DNA of 64,000 nt from Alphaproteobacteria bacterium (GCA_965214705.1 OZ243972.1:1792001-1856000); one strand, 5' to 3'. Positions 7,723 to 18,390 are shown, counted from the first letter of the stretch. The notes: generated by a model from the letters alone, not told the origin. Translations and numbers: made by a program.

Positions 7723-10293
7723 ATGACCGACCCGTCGCTCCGCCTCACAGGGATCTCCAAGCGCTTCCCCGGTGTCCAGGCGCTCCGCGACGTGAGCCTG
7801 GAATGCGTGGCCGGCGAGGTACATGCTGTGCTTGGCGAGAACGGCTCGGGCAAGAGTACGCTGCTCAAGATCGCGAGCGGCGCGCTGACGGCGGACGACG
7901 GCACGGTGGAAATCCTGGGCAATCGGCTGACCTCGGCCGACACGTCGCAGGCCCATCACTTCGGGCTGGCCACCGTTTACCAGGACAACTCGCTCGTGCC
8001 GGAGCTCACCGTCGCTCAGAACCTCTATCTGGGCACGATGGGCGAAGCGCTGGCCTATCGCAGGCTGGAAACCTGGGCCGAGGAGCAGCTCGCCCCGTAC
8101 GATCTCGCGATCGATGCCTCCGCGCGCGTCGCCACTCTCTCCCCGGCTCAGAGACAGTTTCTGGAGGTGGTGAAGGCGCTGGTTTCGAAGCCGAAGGTGC
8201 TTCTGCTCGACGAGCCGACCGCGTCGCTCGACGTCAACGACGTGGAGACCTTGCACCGCATCGTCCGTCGGATCGTCGCTGAGGGCACGACGGTCGTCTA
8301 CGTCAGCCACCGTCTGCCAGAGATCCTCGACCTCGCCCAGCGCGTGACCGTGCTGCGCGACGGCGAGGGACAGGGCACCTTCGAGACGCAGGCGCTCTCC
8401 GAGGACGACCTCATCGCGCTCATGGTGGGCCGGCCGATCGAGGCGGAGTTCCCGCCCAAACGAGGCGCCGAGGTTCTATCGAGCGACATCTGCCTTTCGG
8501 TGCAGGCGCTCTACGGTGACGCGTTCAGCAACGTCGCCTTCGAAGTGCATCGGGGCGAGATCCTCGGCCTCGCCGGTGCCGAGGGCAACGGCCAACGCGA
8601 GGTGCTCCGCGCCATCGGCGGCTTCGAGGACGGGTCCGGCGCCCTCTCTTGCGAGGGCCGGCGCATCCCGCTTGCAGCACCGCAGCGCGCGCTCGGCGCG
8701 GGCGTGATGATGCTGAGCGGAGACCGGGCCGTCGAATCCATCTATCCGGCTTTGAGCGTGCGCGAGAACATCACGATCCAGGTCCTCAAGGACTTCGCGA
8801 CGGCGAGCGTAATCTCCGGCCGCAAGGAGCGCACGCGCACGCGTGGGATGATCGAGGAGCTCGACATCGTCACCGCGAGCCTCAATCAGTCCATCGTCTC
8901 GCTCTCCGGCGGCAATCAGCAGAAGAGCATGCTGGCGCGGAGCTTCCTGCACGGCGCCAGGGTGGTGCTGATCGACGAGCCGACCCAGGGCGTGGACGCC
9001 GCCGCGCGTTTCGACATTTATCAGGCGGTGAGAGCCAAGGCCGATAGCGGCACCACCTTCGTCATCAAGTCGTCGGATGCGTTGGAACTCGCCGGTCTTT
9101 GCGACCGAGTGCTGGTGTTCTCCCGCGGGCGCCTCATCAAGGAGCTGGTGGGCGATGAGGTGAGCGAGGAGAACATCGTTTCATCGTTCCTGACCTCGCG
9201 GGTGGCGCGCACGAGGGAAGCCACCGCCGCTCCGACCGCGTCCGCTGTGCCTGCAGGCTTCTCGCTCGCACGGGACATGGGACGCCTCGCGCTCGCCCGC
9301 GATCAGTGGTGGACGCCGCATGGCTTTCTCATGTTGCTGATCGTCCTAGTCGGCGCCTACGCCTCGAGCCAGTCCGACGCCTTCCTCTCCCCGCTCAACG
9401 GGCGGCACCTGCTGTTGGCGACCGCACCGCTCGCTCTCGTCGCGATGGCTCAGCTCAACGTGCTGCTCGTCGGCGGCTTCGACATGTCGGTCGGCTCGCT
9501 CATGAGCATGACGGTGGTCGCAGCGTCCTTTCTGATCGGCATGGGAGTGGATATTCCCGTGCTGTTCGGGGGCACGCTCGCCTGCCTGGCCGCCGGTCTC
9601 GCGGTCGGGGTCATCAACGGCACGATGGTGCGGCGGCTCCACATCAACCCGGTCATCACGACCATCGCCATGCTGAGCGTGCTGCAGGGCGTCGCGCTTC
9701 ATTTCAGGCCAGTGCCGACCGGTCTCGTGGAGCCAGACTTCATGTCGGCGCTGCGCACCCGCATCGACTTTCTGCCGGTTTCCTTCCTCGGGCTTATCGC
9801 GATCGCCGTTCTCGGCGATCTCTGGCTCTACCGCACCAAGAGCGGGCTCAGGCTCCGAGCCGTGGGCTTTCACGAGGAGGCCGCGCGGCGCAATGGCATC
9901 AAGACCGGCTTCGTGCACTTCCGCGCCTACGTGATTTCGGGCGGCATCGCGGCGCTCGCCGGGCTCTTTCTCAGCACCGAGGTGGGCGTCGGCCACCCGA
10001 CCGTGGGCGCGACCTACACGCTCACCAGCATCGCCGCTGCGGTGCTGGGCGGTGCCGCGCTCTCCGGCGGGCGCGGGTCCTTCTCGGGCGCGCTGCTGGG
10101 CGCGATCTTCTTCACGTTGATCGTCAACATCATGCCGTTCCTCGCGGTCAATACCGCGCTCGGCGTCATCGTCAGTGGTGCATTGACTCTGCTGGCCGTC
10201 CTTCTCTATTCCGGGCGTCTGCCGACCGGCCGCGTGGGTCACCTCCTGCGCGTCCTTGCCAGTCGCCGCTCCACCCCAACGCAACGGGTATGA
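7723..10293 (+). CDS. Fused RbsA-like double ABC ATPase + permease
   Basis: GENGSGKST, LLLDEPT, LSGGNQQK and DEPTQG, then a ~330 aa permease domain (GFDMSVG, IAAAVLGG). Confidence 0.92.
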   Translation: MTDPSLRLTGISKRFPGVQALRDVSLECVAGEVHAVLGENGSGKSTLLKIASGALTADDGTVEILGNRLTSADTSQAHHFGLATVYQDNSLVPELTVAQNLYLGTMGEALAYRRLETWAEEQLAPYDLAIDASARVATLSPAQRQFLEVVKALVSKPKVLLLDEPTASLDVNDVETLHRIVRRIVAEGTTVVYVSHRLPEILDLAQRVTVLRDGEGQGTFETQALSEDDLIALMVGRPIEAEFPPKRGAEVLSSDICLSVQALYGDAFSNVAFEVHRGEILGLAGAEGNGQREVLRAIGGFEDGSGALSCEGRRIPLAAPQRALGAGVMMLSGDRAVESIYPALSVRENITIQVLKDFATASVISGRKERTRTRGMIEELDIVTASLNQSIVSLSGGNQQKSMLARSFLHGARVVLIDEPTQGVDAAARFDIYQAVRAKADSGTTFVIKSSDALELAGLCDRVLVFSRGRLIKELVGDEVSEENIVSSFLTSRVARTREATAAPTASAVPAGFSLARDMGRLALARDQWWTPHGFLMLLIVLVGAYASSQSDAFLSPLNGRHLLLATAPLALVAMAQLNVLLVGGFDMSVGSLMSMTVVAASFLIGMGVDIPVLFGGTLACLAAGLAVGVINGTMVRRLHINPVITTIAMLSVLQGVALHFRPVPTGLVEPDFMSALRTRIDFLPVSFLGLIAIAVLGDLWLYRTKSGLRLRAVGFHEEAARRNGIKTGFVHFRAYVISGGIAALAGLFLSTEVGVGHPTVGATYTLTSIAAAVLGGAALSGGRGSFSGALLGAIFFTLIVNIMPFLAVNTALGVIVSGALTLLAVLLYSGRLPTGRVGHLLRVLASRRSTPTQRV

Positions 10294-10297
10294 GGTC

Positions 10298-11971
10298 ATG
10301 ACAGAGCTTTCGCCGATCCCGCAACGCGAATCAGCCCGCCCGGCCGCCGCGCGCGGCCCTTATGACGGCGCCTTCGACATCGTCTGCGTCGGCGCAGGCG
10401 CCGGCGGCCTAGCGACAGCCCTCTTCTCGCGCTGGCTCGGCAACAGCGTGCTGATCCTGGAGAAGGCGCCGGAGGTCGGCGGCACGACGCGCAAGGCCGC
10501 CTTCTGGTACTGGGTGCCCAACAACCAGGCGATGCGCGACAAGGGCATGGAGGACCCGCGCGAAGACTGCTTGCGCTACATGGCGCGCCTCTCGCGACCC
10601 GAGTGCTACGACCCCTCGGATCCCCACCTCGGTATGCCCGCGTGGGAGTACGCGATGTTCGAGGCGATCTACGACAACGCCTCGACAGCGACCGAGCTCT
10701 TGAAGGAGAAGGGCGCGCTCGACTACCGGCATTGCGACTTCGTGCCGGACTACTGGGCCGAACTGCCGGAGGACAAAGCGCCCACGGGCCGCGTCCTGGT
10801 CCCGGTGGACGCGAGGGACACGATGTCCGACGGCGGCCTGCGCGCGGTGGAATCGATGTCGCGTGCGGCTACCGAGGCCGGCGTCGATATCCGCACCGGG
10901 CATCGGGTACAGCGCGTCATCCGCAACCTCGCGGGGGATGTCGTCGGTGTCGAGGCCAGCGCCGGCAACGGTGCAGCGCGGCGCTTCCACGCCCGCAAGG
11001 CCGTGGTCTTCTGCACCGGCGGCTTCACCCACAACGTAGAGATCCGCAAGAACTTCCTGAACGTGCCGATCTACGGCGGCTGTGCCGCGAAGACCAACGA
11101 GGGGGACTTCATCCCGATTGCCGGCAGCGTGGGCGCTCAGTTGCGCAACATGAATTACGCCTGGATGTGCCCGATCGTGCTGGAGAAGGCGATTGCCGGC
11201 GATCCCACGTTGATCGGCACCTTCTCGCCCTCGGGCGATTCCATGATCTACGTGAGCAAGCAGGGCCACCGGGTCGCCAACGAGAAGCTCGCCTACAATG
11301 AGATGGCGCAGAAGTTCTTCGAGTGGAGCCCGACGGCCGGGGAATATCCCAACCTTGTGTTGATCGCGGTCTGGGACCAACGCAGCCAGGACCACTGCGC
11401 GAGCGACGAGTACGGTCGCTTCATCGTGCCACCCGGCGTGGACGATGCCCATGTCATCAAGGGCGAGACCCTGGGCGCGCTAAGCCAGGCCATCAGCGAG
11501 CGGCTCGGGCGTTACGAGGCCGAGACCGGCGGCATCCGGCTCTCAGCGGACTTCGAGGCAAACCTCAAGGCAGCGATTGTGCGCTTCAACAGCTTCGCCG
11601 AGACCGGCAAGGACCTGGATTTTCGTCGTGGCGAGCGCCAGGTCGAGCAGCTGTTTAACGGGCCGGTGGCGGAGGAGCCGTCCGCGCCCAACCCAACGAT
11701 GTATCCGATCAGCGGCGAGGGACCCTACTACGCGGCGCTGCTTTCCGGCGGGACTCTCGACACCAAGGGTGGAGCCAAGGCTGCGCCCACCGGCAAGATC
11801 CTCGACGACACCGATACGCCGATTACGGGGCTCTACGGCGTCGGCAACTGCGTCGCGTCCGCTTCGGCCCGCGCCTACTGGGCCGGTGGCGCCACCCTCG
11901 GGCCGATTCTGGCCTTCGCCTATCTGGCCGCGAACGAGGCCGACCGCGAAACGCCGAAGCTCACCAACTAG
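10298..11971 (+). CDS. FAD-dependent oxidoreductase, 3-ketosteroid-delta1-dehydrogenase/FAD_binding_2 family
   Basis: GAGAGG, LEKAPEVGGTT, TGGF, DTKGG and GLYGVGN..GGATLG motifs. Confidence 0.85.
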   Translation: MTELSPIPQRESARPAAARGPYDGAFDIVCVGAGAGGLATALFSRWLGNSVLILEKAPEVGGTTRKAAFWYWVPNNQAMRDKGMEDPREDCLRYMARLSRPECYDPSDPHLGMPAWEYAMFEAIYDNASTATELLKEKGALDYRHCDFVPDYWAELPEDKAPTGRVLVPVDARDTMSDGGLRAVESMSRAATEAGVDIRTGHRVQRVIRNLAGDVVGVEASAGNGAARRFHARKAVVFCTGGFTHNVEIRKNFLNVPIYGGCAAKTNEGDFIPIAGSVGAQLRNMNYAWMCPIVLEKAIAGDPTLIGTFSPSGDSMIYVSKQGHRVANEKLAYNEMAQKFFEWSPTAGEYPNLVLIAVWDQRSQDHCASDEYGRFIVPPGVDDAHVIKGETLGALSQAISERLGRYEAETGGIRLSADFEANLKAAIVRFNSFAETGKDLDFRRGERQVEQLFNGPVAEEPSAPNPTMYPISGEGPYYAALLSGGTLDTKGGAKAAPTGKILDDTDTPITGLYGVGNCVASASARAYWAGGATLGPILAFAYLAANEADRETPKLTN

Positions 11972-12021
11972 GGCTCCCGCCCGGACACCTGAAAGAGACT
12001 GAACGCACAAGGAGAATCAAC

Positions 12022-12486
12022 ATGGCGCTTTGCACGCAGACGATGACCGACGAGCAGCGTAAGTCGGTTGCCCTCGAGTACCTCAAGGCCTTCGACAACG
12101 GCGGTGTGACGTCCACCGGCGGCAGCATCCTCGACCTGTTCGCAGACGATGCGCAGGTCTACTTCCCGAAGTGGGGCATCGCCACCGGCAAGGAAGAGAT
12201 CGGCCAAATGTTCACGGACGTGGGCGGCACCATCAAGTCGATCTTGCACCACTATTCGCATTTCAACTACATCTTCTCCGGCAGCGACTATCTCGTGGTC
12301 GAAGGCACCAGCCACGGCGAGCACCGCGACGGTCCCTGGCGCGCCGGCGTGCCCGAGCACGGCGCCGGCCGCTGGTGCGATGTGTTCGAGATCCGCGACT
12401 GGAAGATCCAGCGCTGCTTCATCTACCTCGACCCCGATTACGCCGGCGGCGACAACGGGCGCTACCCCTGGCTCGCCGACAGGTAG
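12022..12486 (+). CDS. SnoaL/NTF2-like protein
   Basis: LFADDAQVYFP..VVEG..CDVFEIRDWKIQR..YLDP pattern; AAGGAG RBS. Confidence 0.85.
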   Translation: MALCTQTMTDEQRKSVALEYLKAFDNGGVTSTGGSILDLFADDAQVYFPKWGIATGKEEIGQMFTDVGGTIKSILHHYSHFNYIFSGSDYLVVEGTSHGEHRDGPWRAGVPEHGAGRWCDVFEIRDWKIQRCFIYLDPDYAGGDNGRYPWLADR

Positions 12487-12635
12487 GCGTGGGCGGGCGC
12501 CCCGAGGCTGGGCTGGTCCTTCCCCATCGGATTGGTCCAGAATTCAGGTAGCAGGTCACGGCTTCTCGGCCAGGCGCGGCGGCCGGCGGAGTGGGACCGG
12601 GGCGGTCGAGCCCGTTCTGCTGAGCGGAGGCTTGA

Positions 12636-14795
12636 CCCAAGTTGGCACTTTTTCCGACCAGCCGAGCCTGTTCGAGCCAGTTTTGCGGCGCTGAACCACT
12701 AGATGTTGGGGTTGGAGGACACCTGAGACCCACATTTGCCATTCGTGGTCCTGGAAGCCAATTGTGGGGCCAGGACTTTGGAGTTGAGTCGATATCCCTC
12801 TTGCCAGATGCCGCGAACGCCGTGTATGCGAAACAGGCATCGCAGAAACGGCGCCGCCATGTACATCAAGGCAACCAGGACACACACCGACAAGGCCGGC
12901 CAGCCGGTCCGAAGCCATCGCCTCGTGCTCGCCCAGCGCGTCGGCGACAAGGTGCGCCACAGGACGCTGCTCAATCTCGGCACCGACTATCCGGTGCCGC
13001 GCGAGAAGTGGAAGGCCGTCACCGAACTCGCCGAGGCGCTGCTTCACGGCAAGCCGCCGCTGTTCGAGGGCGAGGCGGATGTGCGGGCCGCAGCCGAGGA
13101 CATCGTCGCCAAGCTCAGGGCCAGGGGGTTCCGCGTCGAGGCGATGCAGGAAGAGGCGCGCAAGCCCGACATCGCCACCGTCGACCTCGATACCCTGGAG
13201 CACGAGAACCCGCGCACGGTCGGCTGCGAGCGCCTGTGCCTCAAGGCCCTCGACGCCCTCGGCTTCGCCGAAATCCTCCACGGCCTCGACATCAAGGGCC
13301 GCGACGGGCGCATCGCCAGCGCGCTGATCGTCGCCAGGATGGTCCATCCCGCCAGCGAGCGTGATACCAGCCGCTGGCTCCGCCACGACAGCGCGGCCGC
13401 CGAGCTCCTGGGCCTGGAGGGCGACCGCAAGGCGCTGCGGCGCAAGACGCTCTACCGCATCGGCGACCTGCTCTGGCGCCACCGCGCCGCCATCCAGCGG
13501 GAGCTGTTCAACCGTGAGCGCGCACTGCTCGACCTGCCCGAGACGATCGCCTTCTACGATCTCACCAACGTCCACTACCACGGCCACACGGGCGGCGAGC
13601 TTCCCAGGTTCGGGCGCTCCAAGCAGAAGCGCGACGACTGTCCCCTCATCACGCTGGCGCTGGCGCTCGACGGCGCGGGCTTCCCGCGCAGTTGCGAGAT
13701 CCTGCCGGGCAACGTGAGCGAGCCGGGCACGCTGCACGAGGCGCTGGCGCGGCTCGAGGCGGTGTGCGGCGGCACGGCGCCGAAGCCCACGGTGGTCATG
13801 GACGCGGGCATCGCCACCGAGAAAAACATCGCGTGGCTGGGCGAGCAGGGCTACGACTGGATCGCGGTCAGCCGCGGTGCCAGGCCTGCGCCGCCCGAGG
13901 GCGGACCCGAGGCCCTGCTGATCACCAGCGCGCGCCACGAGGTGCGGGCCTGGCGGCTTGCCAGCGAGGACGGCGAGGCGCGGCTCTACGTCGTCAGCGA
14001 GGGCAAGAAGAAGGCCGAGAACGCGATCATCGGCCTGAGGCGGAACCGCTTCGAGGCGGCGCTGGAAAGGCTCCACGGCGGCCTCCCGGTCAAGGGCCGC
14101 CTCAAGCGCTACGACAAGGTGCTGGAGAGCATAGGCCGCCTCAAGCAGCGCTTCTCCGCCGTCGCCAGGCACTACGAGATCACGGTCGAGAGGGCGAAAA
14201 CCGGCCCCAATGCCACCGCCGTGCGCTTCAAGCGCAGGCCGCGATACGACGAGGCCGATGAGGGCGCCGGTGCCTATGTGCTGCGCACCAGCCACGTCGA
14301 CTGGGACATCGAGACGGTCCTGCGGACGTACTGGCGGATCACGGATATCGAGGCGACATTCCGGAGCCTGAAATCCGAGCTCGGCCTTCGCCCGATCTGG
14401 CACCAGCTCGACCGGCGCATCGCGGCCCACCTGCTGATCGCCGTGCTGGCCTACCACGCCGTGCATCTGATCCGTACCCGGCTGGCCGCGCGCGGCATCC
14501 ACAAGTGCTGGGCGTCGATCCGCGAGAGCATGCGGACCTGGGTGCGGATCACCACGCGCCTGCGCCAGACCGACGGCACCTTGATCGTCAACCGCCAGGA
14601 CACGCGCCCGGCCGCCGAGGTTGCCGCAATCTCCTCGGCGGCGGGCGTGGACCCCGCCATCCACCGCACGAGGACCCGTCTGATGAGCTGACAGAATCTC
14701 ACAAAATGTGGGGCCATGTTGGAATCGACCGAGAAAAATATCGCGTTGAATCAAACCAATAGGGAACACAGGCAGCGGAAAAGTGCCAACTTGGG
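12636..14795 (+). mobile_element. IS1634-family insertion sequence (copy 1), no matching target duplication
   Basis: 17-bp TIR CCCAAGTTGGCACTTTT / AAAAGTGCCAACTTGGG; flanks TTGA and TGGA differ. Confidence 0.9.
12859..14691 (+). CDS. IS1634-family DDE transposase
   Basis: FYDLTN, FGRSKQKRDD, VMDAG and IEATFRSLKSELGLRPIWH motifs. Confidence 0.92.
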   Translation: MYIKATRTHTDKAGQPVRSHRLVLAQRVGDKVRHRTLLNLGTDYPVPREKWKAVTELAEALLHGKPPLFEGEADVRAAAEDIVAKLRARGFRVEAMQEEARKPDIATVDLDTLEHENPRTVGCERLCLKALDALGFAEILHGLDIKGRDGRIASALIVARMVHPASERDTSRWLRHDSAAAELLGLEGDRKALRRKTLYRIGDLLWRHRAAIQRELFNRERALLDLPETIAFYDLTNVHYHGHTGGELPRFGRSKQKRDDCPLITLALALDGAGFPRSCEILPGNVSEPGTLHEALARLEAVCGGTAPKPTVVMDAGIATEKNIAWLGEQGYDWIAVSRGARPAPPEGGPEALLITSARHEVRAWRLASEDGEARLYVVSEGKKKAENAIIGLRRNRFEAALERLHGGLPVKGRLKRYDKVLESIGRLKQRFSAVARHYEITVERAKTGPNATAVRFKRRPRYDEADEGAGAYVLRTSHVDWDIETVLRTYWRITDIEATFRSLKSELGLRPIWHQLDRRIAAHLLIAVLAYHAVHLIRTRLAARGIHKCWASIRESMRTWVRITTRLRQTDGTLIVNRQDTRPAAEVAAISSAAGVDPAIHRTRTRLMS

Positions 14796-15161
14796 TGGAG
14801 CAACATCAACCTCACCGCAGACGACGATGGCGAGCGGGTCTGGTTCGTCGACTGGGAGTTCGCCGGGTTCACGGTGGATCTGTTCGATCTCGGGGTGCTG
14901 GCCATGAACATCGAGATCAGGCCGGACGAGATCGACCCTTATCTCGAGACCTATTTCGAGACGCCGGCCACCGATGAGCTGCGCCACCGCTTCGCGGCTG
15001 CGACGGTCGTTTCCGCCATCCGCGAGACCACCTGGAGCTTCGTCTCCGAGGTGATGGACAAGCCCATCGACTTCGACTTTCGCATCTACTCCACGATGAA
15101 CGCGGAGCGTTACGAGCGCATGTACGCCGAGTACTGCGACACCTACGACGCCTCGGGGTAG
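14796..15161 (+). pseudogene. C-terminal remnant of a choline-kinase/APH-like phosphotransferase
   Basis: Starts at the IS end with WSNINL..VWFVDWEFAG..LFDLG. The N-terminal half is absent on the other side of the IS. Confidence 0.75.
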
Positions 15162-15176
15162 CGGAGGAACCGATCG

Positions 15177-16064
15177 ATGAGCGAAGAGAGACAGCCTGAC
15201 GAGACCTGCCGCGTCGCCGTGGAGGGCGGCGAGGTGGCCGTCTACAGCTTTGGTGAAGGCGAGCGGGTGCTGCTCATTCTTCACGGCGGCCCCGGCCTGC
15301 CCTGCGATTATGTGCGGGACAGCCACTCGGTAATGGCGGACCACGGCTGGCGTGTGGTGGCCTACGACCAGCTCGGCTGCGGCGAGTCGGACAAGCCGGG
15401 CGACACCTCGCTCTACAACGTACCCCGCTACGTTGACGAGGTCGAAGCGGTGCGGAGCGCACTCGGGCTGGGCCGCGTCCACCTTCTCGGGCAATCGTGG
15501 GGAACCTGGCTGGCGACGGACTACTGCCTGAAACACCAGGAGAACGTCGCGTCCTATGTGATCGCCAACGGCTCGGGCTGCGTGCCGCACACGGTCGCGG
15601 AGATGAAGCGCCTGCGCGCTGCCCTGGGGCCCGAGACGGTGGCCATGATGCAGCGCCACGAGGCGCAGGGAACCACCGACCACCCCACTTACGAGGCCGC
15701 CATCACGATCCTGTACCACAGGCACCTGTGCCGGCTCGACGCGTGGCCCGCGCCGCTGCAACGCTCGCTCGACGGCATCAACATGGATGTCTACGGCACG
15801 ATGTGGGGACCCAACGAGTTCTGCTGCGTCGGCACGCTCAAGGATTGGGACCGGCTCGCTGAGATGGGGCGCATCGCGGTGCCTTGCCTGATCGTGAGCG
15901 GCCTCCACGACGAGCTCACGCCCGAAGGCGCCATGCTCATGCAGGACGTGCTGCCGAACGCGACGAGCATGGTCTTTCCCAACAGCTCGCACACGCCGTT
16001 CTTCGAGGAGCCCGAAGCTTACTTCGCGGCGCTGCGCGACTTCCTCGATCGCCAGTCCGGCTGA
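15177..16064 (+). CDS. Proline-iminopeptidase/amino-acid-amidase family alpha/beta hydrolase
   Basis: HGGPG, YDQLGCGES, GQSWG nucleophile, HDE and SSH. Confidence 0.9.
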   Translation: MSEERQPDETCRVAVEGGEVAVYSFGEGERVLLILHGGPGLPCDYVRDSHSVMADHGWRVVAYDQLGCGESDKPGDTSLYNVPRYVDEVEAVRSALGLGRVHLLGQSWGTWLATDYCLKHQENVASYVIANGSGCVPHTVAEMKRLRAALGPETVAMMQRHEAQGTTDHPTYEAAITILYHRHLCRLDAWPAPLQRSLDGINMDVYGTMWGPNEFCCVGTLKDWDRLAEMGRIAVPCLIVSGLHDELTPEGAMLMQDVLPNATSMVFPNSSHTPFFEEPEAYFAALRDFLDRQSG

Positions 16065-16077
16065 CCACCGTCGCCGT

Positions 16078-16863
16078 TCAGTGGATGCTCAGGCCGGCGC
16101 AGACGTTGATCGCCTGGCCGGTGACGTAACGGCCGGGATCGCCGGCCAGATAGACCGCCATCTCGGCGATCGCAGTCGGCGGGATCAGGGCGCTCAGCAT
16201 GTTGGTGCGCATGCTCTCGTCATAGACCTTCTCGTAGGGCTCGCCGAGATCGCGCGCCATGTCCTCGTGCAGCGCCACCGCCATCTTGGTTTCGATCCAG
16301 CCGGGACAGATGGCGTTGACCCGGATGTTGTGCTCGCCCACCTCGGCGGCGAGACAGCGCACGAAGCCGACCAGGCCGTGCTTGGTCGTGTTGTAGGCGG
16401 TCCACTCCGCATCCGCCGTCTTGGCGTTGGTGGACGCGTTGAAGAGCTGCACGCCGCCTGCGCCCTGCTCGATCATCGCCGGCAACGTGTGCTTGGAGAC
16501 CAGGTACGGCGCCTTCAGGTTGACCGCCATGATCCAGTCCCACATGGCCTCGTCCATGTCGACGACCTTCTTGACGTCGGCGACCCCGGCGTTGTTCACG
16601 ACCACGTCGATGCCGCCGAGCCGCTCGACGGCGGCCTTGCACATCGCCTCGATGGCCGCGGCGTCGGTCAGATCGGCCGGCGCGGCGAAGGCCTTGCCGC
16701 CGGCATCGGCGATAGCGTCGAGTGTCTCCGCCGCCCGTTCCTCGCTCCGCGCGTGGACCGCGACCGTCGCCCCTTCTCGCGCGTAGGCCTCAGCGATGGC
16801 GCGCCCGATGCCGCTTGCCGCGCCAGTAACCAGCGTCCGCTTACCCTCCAGACCGACTTTCAT
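16078..16863 (-). CDS. Short-chain dehydrogenase/reductase
   Basis: TGAASGIG, NNAG, YNTTK and NAICPG motifs. Confidence 0.93.
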   Translation of the reverse strand: MKVGLEGKRTLVTGAASGIGRAIAEAYAREGATVAVHARSEERAAETLDAIADAGGKAFAAPADLTDAAAIEAMCKAAVERLGGIDVVVNNAGVADVKKVVDMDEAMWDWIMAVNLKAPYLVSKHTLPAMIEQGAGGVQLFNASTNAKTADAEWTAYNTTKHGLVGFVRCLAAEVGEHNIRVNAICPGWIETKMAVALHEDMARDLGEPYEKVYDESMRTNMLSALIPPTAIAEMAVYLAGDPGRYVTGQAINVCAGLSIH

Positions 16864-16904
16864 GGCTTTCTCCCCGAAGCTGCCGACATCGCGACCAGCT
16901 TAGC

Positions 16905-17615
16905 CTAAGCGACGCCGAGATAGGTGTGCTGCACCTTGTCGTTGTCGCGCAGGTCGGACGCCGGGCCCTCGAGCACGATCCGCCCCGTCTCCATCACGTA
17001 TCCCTTCTGGGCCAGCGCGAGGGCGAGGCGGGCGTTCTGCTCGACCAGCACGATGGTCCGCTTCTCGGTGTGCAGCGCGCGAATGATGCGCGCGATTTCG
17101 CGGCACATGATGGGCGAGAGTCCGAGTGACGGTTCGTCCATCAGAATCACGTTCGGCTTCGACATCAGCGCGCGTCCCATGGCGAGCATTTGCTGCTCGC
17201 CGCCGCTGAGCGTACCGGCGAGCTGACTGGCGCGCTCCTGCAATCGTGGAAACCGCCTGAAGACATCCTCGAAGTCGGCCCGCAACGCGTCTCCGTCCTT
17301 GCGCAGGTAAGCGCCCATCTCCAAATTCTCGCGCACCGTCATCATGGGGAAGACGCGCCGTCCTTCGGGCACGTGGGCGATGCCAAGCCCGGCGATCTTC
17401 TCCGGCGAGGCGCCGTCGATGCGCTTGCCCTCAAGGCGGATTTCGCCGCCGCTCAGCCGTTCCAGGCCCGAGATCGCCCGCAATGTGGTGGACTTGCCCG
17501 CGCCGTTGGCACCGATCAGGGTGACGATCTCACCCTCCTCGACGCCGATGGTAATTCCCTTTACGGCCTCGATCTTGCGATAGCGGACCGATACGTCCTC
17601 GATCTCAAGCAGCAA
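16905..17615 (-). CDS. livF: Branched-chain amino acid-type ABC ATPase
   Basis: GANGAGKST, VPEGRRVF, LSGGEQQM and DEPSLGL. Confidence 0.9.
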   Translation of the reverse strand: MLLEIEDVSVRYRKIEAVKGITIGVEEGEIVTLIGANGAGKSTTLRAISGLERLSGGEIRLEGKRIDGASPEKIAGLGIAHVPEGRRVFPMMTVRENLEMGAYLRKDGDALRADFEDVFRRFPRLQERASQLAGTLSGGEQQMLAMGRALMSKPNVILMDEPSLGLSPIMCREIARIIRALHTEKRTIVLVEQNARLALALAQKGYVMETGRIVLEGPASDLRDNDKVQHTYLGVA

Positions 17616-18390
17616 AGTCGTCGTCTCCCAAGATGTCCTCGGAGCCGAGATAGGCCTCGATCACCTCCGGGTTCGAAACGATCTCCGCCGGCACACCCTC
17701 CGCAAGCTTCTTTCCGAAGTTCAGGACCGTGATGTACTCGCAGAGCCCCATCACGGTCTTCATGTCGTGCTCGACCAGAATGATCGTGATGTTCCACTCG
17801 TCCCGCAGCTTGCGAATGATGCCGGTCATTCGTTCCGTCTCGGCAGGGTTCATGCCGGCGACCGGCTCGTCCAGCATGAGGATGTGCGGCTCGGTGGCGA
17901 GCGCCATTGCGACGCCGAGCGCTCTCTGATGGCCATGAGAGAGGTTGGGCGCGAGTTCGTCCCTGAATGCGCTCAAGCCGATGAATTCGAGGATTTCCAG
18001 TGCCCGCGCCTCATTGGCCTTCTCCATGCTGCGCGCCGTGCCGACGATCGCGCCGAACAGGCTCTCGCGCGCATGCAGGTGCCGCGCGATCGACACGTTC
18101 TGCAACACGGTGAAATCGCTGAACATGGCAGAGCGCTGAAAGGTGCGCACCCCGCCCTTGCCGGCAATGCGGCTCGGGCGCAAGCCGGTGAGCTTGTCGC
18201 CGTTGAGAAAGACGTCGCCCGAGGTCGGCTTGTACGTGCCCGAGATGACGTTGAAGAGCGTGGTCTTGCCCGCACCGTTGGGTCCGATGATCCCGCGGAT
18301 TTCGCCTTCCTCGACTGTCATGTCGAGATCGGCAATGGCGAGCAGGCCGCCGAAGCGCTTGCTCAGTTTCCTGACTTCGAGGAGCGACAC
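17605..18390 (-). CDS. livG: Branched-chain amino acid-type ABC ATPase
   Basis: GTG start; GPNGAGKTT, RTFQ, LDEPVAGMN, VEHDM and VIEAYLG. Confidence 0.9.
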   Translation of the reverse strand: MSLLEVRKLSKRFGGLLAIADLDMTVEEGEIRGIIGPNGAGKTTLFNVISGTYKPTSGDVFLNGDKLTGLRPSRIAGKGGVRTFQRSAMFSDFTVLQNVSIARHLHARESLFGAIVGTARSMEKANEARALEILEFIGLSAFRDELAPNLSHGHQRALGVAMALATEPHILMLDEPVAGMNPAETERMTGIIRKLRDEWNITIILVEHDMKTVMGLCEYITVLNFGKKLAEGVPAEIVSNPEVIEAYLGSEDILGDDDFAA

